From Pseudomonadota bacterium (GTDB taxonomy: Bacteria > Pseudomonadota > Gammaproteobacteria > Steroidobacterales > SZUA-146): 64,000 nt of DNA. The position numbers were made by a program, and so were the translations under genes. This document shows positions 58,129 through 64,000 of this stretch, piece after piece. How positions within the stretch are numbered: the stretch's first letter is position 1; each line of letters starts with the position of its first letter. Location of the stretch: contig JBCCHD010000001.1 of the NCBI GenBank assembly GCA_039028935.1, positions 135,181 to 199,180 of the forward strand, read 5' to 3'. The notes under the pieces were generated by a model. That model worked only from the letters and a program-made list of their open reading frames with translations. It did no database searches and was not told the origin of the DNA.

Positions 58129-59447
58129 CCGACGCGCGCGTGCGCCTATGGGGGCGCGATATCGGCGCGGTGTCGTGGCTGCCCGAGCGGGAGGTGGGCG
58201 TGTTTCAATACGCGCCGGAGTTCATTGGTAGCGGTATTGAAGTCGCGCCCGTTACGATGCCGCTGCGGGCCATGCCTTACGAATTCACGACGTTACCCCG
58301 AGAGACGTTTCGAGGTTTGCCAGGGCTGTTGGCCGACGCCCTGCCCGATAAATACGGTAATGCGATGATCGATGCATGGCTGGCCCGGCAGGGGCGCCTG
58401 CCCGAGAGCTTTAATCCCGTTGAGCGGCTGTGCTACATCGGTGTACGCGGTATGGGCGCATTGGAATTCGAACCCGCCTTGTCGGGTTCGAAGAGCAAGA
58501 GTCACACACTAGAAGTGGCCGCCTTAGTGGACCTTGCCAATGCGGTGCTCAGCGAGCGCGCAATGCTTGCCGGCGCGCTGTCTGGTGACGATGACGCGGC
58601 GGTGATCGAAGACATTATTCGAGTGGGCACCTCCGCGGGCGGCGCGCGCGCCAAGGCGGTATTGGCGTTTAATGAGCAGACCGGTGAATTTCGCTCGGGT
58701 CAGGTGCCGCAAGACGCGGGATTTGGCTATTGGCTCATGAAGTTTGATGGCGTAACCGGCAATCGTGACAAAGAGCTTGTCGACCCGCAGGGTTTTGGAT
58801 TGATTGAATACGCGTATTCGTTGATGGCCAAGTCGGCGGGTATCGACATGACAGCGTGCCGCGTACACCGGGAGGGTGGACGCGCGCACTTTATGACTCG
58901 TCGATTCGATCGGTCCGATACGGGCGAAAAACGCCATATGCAGTCGCTGTGCGCGATACGCCATTTTGATTTTAATCAACCGGATGCGTGGTCGTACGAG
59001 CAAGCGATACAAACCATGTTGCTTCTCCATTTACCGATGGGGGATGTGGAACAACAGTTTCGCCGCGCCGTGTTTAACGTGCTCGCGCGCAATCACGACG
59101 ATCACGTAAAAAACATTGCTTACTTGATGGATAAAGTCGGCGACTGGCGGCTTTCGCCAGCGTTTGATGTGACGTATTCATGGAATCCGTCTGGTGCGTG
59201 GACCAGTCGACATCAGATGAGCATTAACGGTAAGCGCGATCACTTTGTGAAGGACGACCTGATTGAACTTGCCCGTCTCGGTGGCATCAAAGCCGCACGC
59301 GCAAAACACATCATCGGGCAGGTAAACCAATCGGTTGCTGAGTGGCCCGCGTTTGCCGAAGCCGGTGGCGTTGCGCCCGACGACATTCGGCGTATTCAAC
59401 AGGCACATCGGCAACTTAGCTCGACGGAGATTCGGCATGGACCGTAG
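58125..59447 (+). CDS. hipA: HipA-family serine/threonine kinase toxin
   Basis: 440 aa. VGTSAGGARAKAVL (P-loop-like), LARNHDDHVKNIAYL (catalytic Asp block) and SPAFDVTYS (Mg-binding Asp). Confidence 0.85.
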   Translation: MTDARVRLWGRDIGAVSWLPEREVGVFQYAPEFIGSGIEVAPVTMPLRAMPYEFTTLPRETFRGLPGLLADALPDKYGNAMIDAWLARQGRLPESFNPVERLCYIGVRGMGALEFEPALSGSKSKSHTLEVAALVDLANAVLSERAMLAGALSGDDDAAVIEDIIRVGTSAGGARAKAVLAFNEQTGEFRSGQVPQDAGFGYWLMKFDGVTGNRDKELVDPQGFGLIEYAYSLMAKSAGIDMTACRVHREGGRAHFMTRRFDRSDTGEKRHMQSLCAIRHFDFNQPDAWSYEQAIQTMLLLHLPMGDVEQQFRRAVFNVLARNHDDHVKNIAYLMDKVGDWRLSPAFDVTYSWNPSGAWTSRHQMSINGKRDHFVKDDLIELARLGGIKAARAKHIIGQVNQSVAEWPAFAEAGGVAPDDIRRIQQAHRQLSSTEIRHGP

Positions 59448-59907
59448 CGATGATCAACGATTTATGCGGGAAGCCTTACGCCTGGCCGAACACGCGGCGC
59501 GCGAGGGTGAAATACCGGTTGGCGCGGTTCTGGTCATGGACAATACCATCGTGGGTCGCGGCGCGAATCAGACGATTGCGCTCAACGATTGCACGGCGCA
59601 CGCCGAAATCATGGCGCTTCGAGATGCAGGCGCGCGGTTGAATCAACATCGGTTTGCCGATGCGACGCTGTACTGCACCCTCGAACCGTGTGCGATGTGT
59701 GCGGGCGCGATGTTGCATGCTCGAATTGCGCGATTGGTGATTGCCGCAGACGACCCCAAAGCCGGCGCGGCGGGTAGTGTGCTCGACGTGCTGGATTTAC
59801 CCGCGCTCAATCACCGTGTGTTGTTGTCTTCCGGGCTTATGGAAGAGGAGGCCAGCGCGTTGCTCACGACCTTTTTCGCGCGGCGCCGCGACTGTTCGCG
59901 CGGCTAG
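59437..59907 (+). CDS. tadA: tRNA adenosine(34) deaminase
   Basis: ORF trimmed to MDRSDDQRFMREALRLAEHAAREGEIPVGAVLV. Has CTAHAEIMAL and TLEPCAMCAGA. GGAG lies 7 nt upstream of the ATG. Adjacent to mltF as in E. coli. Confidence 0.9.
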   Translation: MDRSDDQRFMREALRLAEHAAREGEIPVGAVLVMDNTIVGRGANQTIALNDCTAHAEIMALRDAGARLNQHRFADATLYCTLEPCAMCAGAMLHARIARLVIAADDPKAGAAGSVLDVLDLPALNHRVLLSSGLMEEEASALLTTFFARRRDCSRG

Positions 59908-61337
59908 GGCAGTGCGCTCACCTCACCCGCATCACCGTTTTCCTCTTGCTTAACCGGCTCGGGCGTTAAGAATCGTGCACTGGGGTTCAAATCCGACATC
60001 GCCCACTCGAGGATGCTGTAATAGCTCTTGATGTTGTCGACATAGATCACCGGCTCCCATCCGCGTGCATAGCCGCGCTTGGTCTGGGTGTACCACTTTT
60101 TTTGCGCCAGCAACGGTAGAAATTTGCGTACGTCCTCCCATAAGTCGGGGTTGAGCCCGCCCTTTTGGGTCAGAATGCGTGCGTCTTCCAGATGTAGGAA
60201 GCCCACGTTGTAGGCCGCCAGCGCGAAGTAGGTGCGATCCGGTTCGGTAATGCGCTCGGGGAACTTTTTCTTAAGCCGCACGAGATAGCGCGCGCCGCCC
60301 AGTATGGACTCGCGCGGATCTGTGCGATCCGCGACGCCCATTTGTTTAGCGGTGGCGCGGGTTAACATCATGAGTCCGCGCACGCCAGTGGGCGACACGG
60401 CGTCCGGGTTCCAGTGCGATTCTTGATAACTTTGTGCCGCGAGTAACTGCCAGTCTACTTCGTTGTTCACGCCTGCCTCTTCGAACACCGATCTGTATTT
60501 GAGGAGGCGGCCGCGAATGTCGCGAATAAATTTGCGCGTGCCCACATAGTCGAGTGAATGATCGCGGTCGAAATAGCGCGCTTTGAGTTCATCGAGTCGA
60601 CCCGACTCAGACAGGGTCGCGAGGTAGTCATTCGCCGCATCGCGTAGGCCGGTATCGGGCAGTGTGCGGAAGGCCCAGCCCAGTGGCTCTTCGCTCGACA
60701 GGGCGAATCCGGTGCGTAACGAGGGGAAATAGTTGAGATTGATGTCCAGGTCGGTGCTGTCGACAACGGTATATTGCAGTTCTTTATTCGCGACCTGCTG
60801 CAGAAGTTCCTCGACCGACGAGGCCTCGGGCATTTCGGTCCACTGCAAAGTCGGATGAAGCAGCTGTAGAGCCAAGAGTGTTTCGACAAAACTGCTGCCG
60901 CCGGTAACGGCAATCTGCCCGGTGAGAATGTCGTCGACTGTGCGTGGTTTCCGCTGGCCCATGCGGTAAACCAACACCTGATCCACCGTTTGATAGGGAT
61001 CGCTGAACGCGAACTGGGCGGCGCGTGACGGTGTGATCGTTAACCCCGCAGCGGCCATATCGGCGTCCCATGACGCGACATCACCCAAAATGTCCGTAAA
61101 CTCTTGCGCGTTGTAGAGCGCCAGGTCGACACCGAGGTAGTCGGCAAACCCTTGAGCCAGATCGAATTCGAGCCCGGTTGGGCCGGCCGTGCCGAAATAG
61201 TGTGTCGTGGCCGCGTTTCGCGTGACGACGGTGAGGACCCCGGCTTGCTGAACTCGCTCGAGTGAAGACGGCACATCGCTGCACGTGCTCAAAAAGGCAC
61301 AGGCGTTCATCATCAGCAATGTGAGCGCAAATCGCAC
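59904..61337 (-). CDS. mltF: membrane-bound lytic murein transglycosylase F
   Basis: N-terminal solute-binding-like domain, then SLT domain QSYQESHWNPDAVSPTGVRGLMMLT...AAYNVG. GTG start with a lipoprotein-like signal. Confidence 0.88.
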   Translation of the reverse strand: MRFALTLLMMNACAFLSTCSDVPSSLERVQQAGVLTVVTRNAATTHYFGTAGPTGLEFDLAQGFADYLGVDLALYNAQEFTDILGDVASWDADMAAAGLTITPSRAAQFAFSDPYQTVDQVLVYRMGQRKPRTVDDILTGQIAVTGGSSFVETLLALQLLHPTLQWTEMPEASSVEELLQQVANKELQYTVVDSTDLDINLNYFPSLRTGFALSSEEPLGWAFRTLPDTGLRDAANDYLATLSESGRLDELKARYFDRDHSLDYVGTRKFIRDIRGRLLKYRSVFEEAGVNNEVDWQLLAAQSYQESHWNPDAVSPTGVRGLMMLTRATAKQMGVADRTDPRESILGGARYLVRLKKKFPERITEPDRTYFALAAYNVGFLHLEDARILTQKGGLNPDLWEDVRKFLPLLAQKKWYTQTKRGYARGWEPVIYVDNIKSYYSILEWAMSDLNPSARFLTPEPVKQEENGDAGEVSALP

Positions 61338-61462
61338 GATGGCTTAGCCTCGTTGACGCCATGTGAAAAAAACAGCAAATAGAGTCGTGTCCGGCCTTTC
61401 CTATCCACCCCTCATTGCATATCATACCCGCTTCGGGCGGCAAGGACTCCCGACACGGTCAC

Positions 61463-61555
61463 GGAGAGGTACCGAAGCGGTCATAACGGCACCGATTCGA
61501 AATCGGTTGGGGGCATAACCGCCCCACGTGGGTTCGAATCCCACCCTCTCCGCCA
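61463..61555 (+). tRNA. tRNA-Ser (anticodon CGA)
   Basis: GGAGAGG acceptor stem, ACCGA-TTCGAAA-TCGGT anticodon arm, long variable arm GGGGGCATAACCGCCCC, T arm GTGGGTTCGAATCCCAC, then CCTCTCCGCCA. Confidence 0.95.
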
Positions 61556-61736
61556 TTGACCTCCGATTAGGACAATGTCAGGCAAATCAAAAAAATAGGC
61601 AGTCTATTTCCATGCGGACACGCGACAGCAGCCCCGAAGAAAGGCCTGGAGCAGCAGGGTCCGGCGATTCGTCGCTCCCTCGCGCTCTGGCCGCCGCTCG
61701 GTCCGCGCCGGCCACCCGGTCCATCGGGTTCCGCGT

Positions 61737-62474
61737 ATGATCGTTGAGTCCTTTGAATGGCGTTCCGCGGCCATGACCAATCCTGGGTTAGTGCGCAAAG
61801 TAAACGAAGACGCGTTTCTCGATGCGCCGCATAAGGGGCTTTGGGTTGTGGCGGATGGTATGGGCGGTCACCAAGCCGGGGACTATGCCAGCCGTCTCAT
61901 CGTCGAACAGTTGGGTGAAGTCGAAAACAATGCCGAACCCGATGTGTTTCTGGCGACGGTTGAAGAACGACTTCAGCACGTCAACACGGCGCTTTACGAG
62001 AAAGCGCAAAACGCGGCAAGCACCATCGGTAGCACAGTCGTGGCCCTATTGGCGTTTAATCGCTACTGCTTGTGCCTATGGGCGGGCGACAGTCGTGTCT
62101 ATCGTTTGCGCGACGGGCAAGTCGAGCAGATCACTCGCGACCACAGTCAAGTTGAGGAGCTCATTGCGCTTGGCGAAATTGCGCGTGAGGACGCTGAGAA
62201 ACACCCGATGTCCAATGTGATTACCCGCGCCGTGGGAGGCTCCAGCACGCTCAATCTCGATGCAAATTTGCAGCCGCTTCGCAATCGCGACCGCATCATG
62301 TTGTGCAGCGATGGCCTGTACAAGGACATTAGCCGAGAAGAAATTCTGGATGGCCTCAATCAAAGCGATCCTGAGCGCGCCTGCAAACGACTTGTGGAAT
62401 TGGCGCTGCGCGGCGGTGGCGGCGACAACATTTCGGTTGCCGTGATCGATTTCTTGTCGACGCATTCAGGCTGA
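61737..62474 (+). CDS. PP2C-family serine/threonine protein phosphatase
   Basis: TNPGLVRKVNEDAF...VVADGMGGHQAGDYAS...GSTVVAL...GDSRVYR...LCSDGL...GGGDNISV. Confidence 0.85.
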   Translation: MIVESFEWRSAAMTNPGLVRKVNEDAFLDAPHKGLWVVADGMGGHQAGDYASRLIVEQLGEVENNAEPDVFLATVEERLQHVNTALYEKAQNAASTIGSTVVALLAFNRYCLCLWAGDSRVYRLRDGQVEQITRDHSQVEELIALGEIAREDAEKHPMSNVITRAVGGSSTLNLDANLQPLRNRDRIMLCSDGLYKDISREEILDGLNQSDPERACKRLVELALRGGGGDNISVAVIDFLSTHSG

Positions 62475-62477
62475 CGG

Positions 62478-62810
62478 ATGGCAGACAAACACCTGTATCG
62501 AGTGACCTTCGCTTCGCAGGGCAAAACATACGAGGTGTATGCCCGCAATGTCGAGCACGGCACATTATTTGGGTTTGTCATGATCGAGGAGCTTGTGTTT
62601 GGCGAGCGCACCCAGCTTGTCGTTGATCCCGCCGAAGAAAAAATCAAAGCCGAGTTTGAAAACGTCAAGCGCAGCTATATCCCGATGCATGCGGTGGTGC
62701 GCATCGACGAAGTGAATAAGCGCGGCGTCAGTAAAATCACTAATAATGGCGGTGACAATGTGTCGCAGCTACCCGTTCCACTTTACACGCCGGGCGACAA
62801 AAGCGAGTGA
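62478..62810 (+). CDS. DUF1820-like small protein
   Basis: YRVTFASQGKTYEVYARNVEHGTLFGFVMIEELVFGE...VVDPAEEKIKAEFENVKRSYIPMHAVVRIDEV. Family assignment is from memory of the conserved pattern. Confidence 0.5.
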   Translation: MADKHLYRVTFASQGKTYEVYARNVEHGTLFGFVMIEELVFGERTQLVVDPAEEKIKAEFENVKRSYIPMHAVVRIDEVNKRGVSKITNNGGDNVSQLPVPLYTPGDKSE

Positions 62811-62832
62811 TGCACTACAACGAAACGGGCCG

Positions 62833-63657
62833 ATGCGTTTCGCCTACCTAGGAAGCGGCAGCAAGGGTAACGCGTGTGTTATCGAGGCCGGGCGCACACG
62901 AGTATTGCTCGACTGTGGTTTTTCGATTAAAGAAACCGTACGACGCTTGGCCCGCCTTGCGCTTGAGCCGCGCGATCTCACTGCGATTATGGTGACGCAC
63001 GAACACTCCGACCATATCGCCGGCGTGGGAGGACTTGCGCGACGCTACGATCTGCCGGTTTATATGACGCCGGGCACGCATGCCTCAAATAAAGCCGGTG
63101 AGCTACCTGTGCTCCATCTGGTGAACAGTCATAGCCGTTTCGAACTCGGCGAGTTGGCGGTGCAGCCGGTGCCAGTGCCACATGATGCGAAGGAGCCGTG
63201 TCAGTACGTGTTCTCACATCAAGGACTAAGACTCGGCATACTCACTGATGTGGGTCACATTACACCGTTCATTGAGCGCCATTATGCGCGTTGCGACGCG
63301 CTTGTCGTGGAATGCAATCACGATCGCGAGATGCTGCACACCGGCCCGTACCCGCCGCGACTCAAGCAGCGCGTAGGTGGACAGTATGGGCATCTCAATA
63401 ATGAACAGGCCGCCACGCTGTTGCGGACCGTGGATTTTCGCCGACTTAAAATGGTGATGGCCGTTCACATCAGCGAAAAGAACAACTGTGTCCACCGCGT
63501 GCGCCGCGCGCTTGAGTCCGTTTTGCCCCAGCCGGCGCCGCATGTCGAGCTGGCGGATCAAAACGACGGCACTCCCTGGTGGTGTCTGCGCACGCTTGCA
63601 CAATCGCCGCCTAATTCTATTGAACTCGCGTCACCACAGGTAGAGCACTCATGCTGA
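62833..63657 (+). CDS. MBL-fold metallo-hydrolase (PhnP/YycJ-like)
   Basis: ORF trimmed to MRFAYLGSGSKGNACVIEAG...LLDCGF. HxHxDH appears as THEHSDHIAG. Confidence 0.8.
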   Translation: MRFAYLGSGSKGNACVIEAGRTRVLLDCGFSIKETVRRLARLALEPRDLTAIMVTHEHSDHIAGVGGLARRYDLPVYMTPGTHASNKAGELPVLHLVNSHSRFELGELAVQPVPVPHDAKEPCQYVFSHQGLRLGILTDVGHITPFIERHYARCDALVVECNHDREMLHTGPYPPRLKQRVGGQYGHLNNEQAATLLRTVDFRRLKMVMAVHISEKNNCVHRVRRALESVLPQPAPHVELADQNDGTPWWCLRTLAQSPPNSIELASPQVEHSC

Positions 63658-64000
63658 CCATCCACGGAGCGCCAGGTGTATCTGGCTTTCGTCTACAGAA
63701 ACTGAATCAAACGCTGACACACTTGGCGCCCGATGCACGTATCGAGTCGTCTCGCTTTGTGCATTTTGTCGATATCGACGAGGCGCTTACGACCTCCGAA
63801 ACTGCCCTGCTAACGCGATTGCTGACCTATGGCGATGCGTCGTCGAACGCGGATGCGACCGCCACACTCACCGTCTTGCCTCGCCTTGGAACCGTATCGC
63901 CATGGTCGAGTAAAGCCACTGATATCGCCAACAATTGTGGTCTAAGTAAGGTCAAGCGCATGGAGCGCGGTGTCGAGTACGTGATTCACGGCTTGACGCC
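63651..64000 (+). CDS. purL: phosphoribosylformylglycinamidine synthase, N-terminal fragment (continues past the window)
   Basis: MLTIHGAPGVSGFRLQKLNQTL resembles the E. coli PurL N-terminus (MMEILRGSPALSAFRINKL). Open to the window edge. Its ATG overlaps the MBL gene stop. mltF/tadA/purL neighbourhood. Confidence 0.8.
   Translation, partial: MLTIHGAPGVSGFRLQKLNQTLTHLAPDARIESSRFVHFVDIDEALTTSETALLTRLLTYGDASSNADATATLTVLPRLGTVSPWSSKATDIANNCGLSKVKRMERGVEYVIHGLT

Noticed and set aside
61556-61736. tRNA-Ser(CGA), and likewise tRNA-Leu(CAA) at 11243-11329, as integration sites for a genomic island
   Set aside because: No integrase, excisionase or phage-like ORF lies next to either tRNA. I also did not spot a direct repeat of the tRNA 3' end nearby. 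The downstream genes look chromosomal.

Overview
GC-rich chromosomal segment whose gene order is typical of Gammaproteobacteria (taxon is inference from synteny). Conserved blocks are xerD-dsbC, queA-tgt-yajC-secDF, suhB/trmJ-isc-ndk-rlmN-pilW-rodZ-hisS-yfgM-bamB-der, xseA/guaBA and tadA/mltF/purL. I call about 60 protein genes and 2 tRNAs (Leu-CAA, Ser-CGA). I saw no rRNA, CRISPR array, transposase or integrase. Most of the window is housekeeping, and many ORF-track entries are either N-terminally over-extended or antisense shadow ORFs. The standout is a minus-strand accessory cluster at 34.1-43.0 kb. It encodes a YtkA/FixH-like lipoprotein with a twin-arginine-like signal, an 820-aa protein made of two tandem di-haem cytochrome c peroxidase/MauG-type modules, and an 1801-aa secreted mosaic protein. 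The mosaic protein fuses a galactose-oxidase-type copper radical oxidase (all cofactor residues present) to NPCBM, 2x PA14, TSP3 repeats, a beta-propeller and a further di-haem peroxidase module. It is preceded by a near-consensus sigma-54 promoter. I read the cluster as a candidate extracytoplasmic oxidase/peroxidase system that I cannot match to anything described. Lesser observations: a stripped-down isc locus with an IscU-like protein lacking two of three cluster-ligand cysteines; an ECF sigma / ZAS anti-sigma / protease-less PDZ operon; an AT-rich hipBA toxin-antitoxin module whose 3' end overlaps the start of tadA; and ispG missing from its usual rodZ-hisS slot. All calls rest on reading the translations and DNA by eye; no database search was run.
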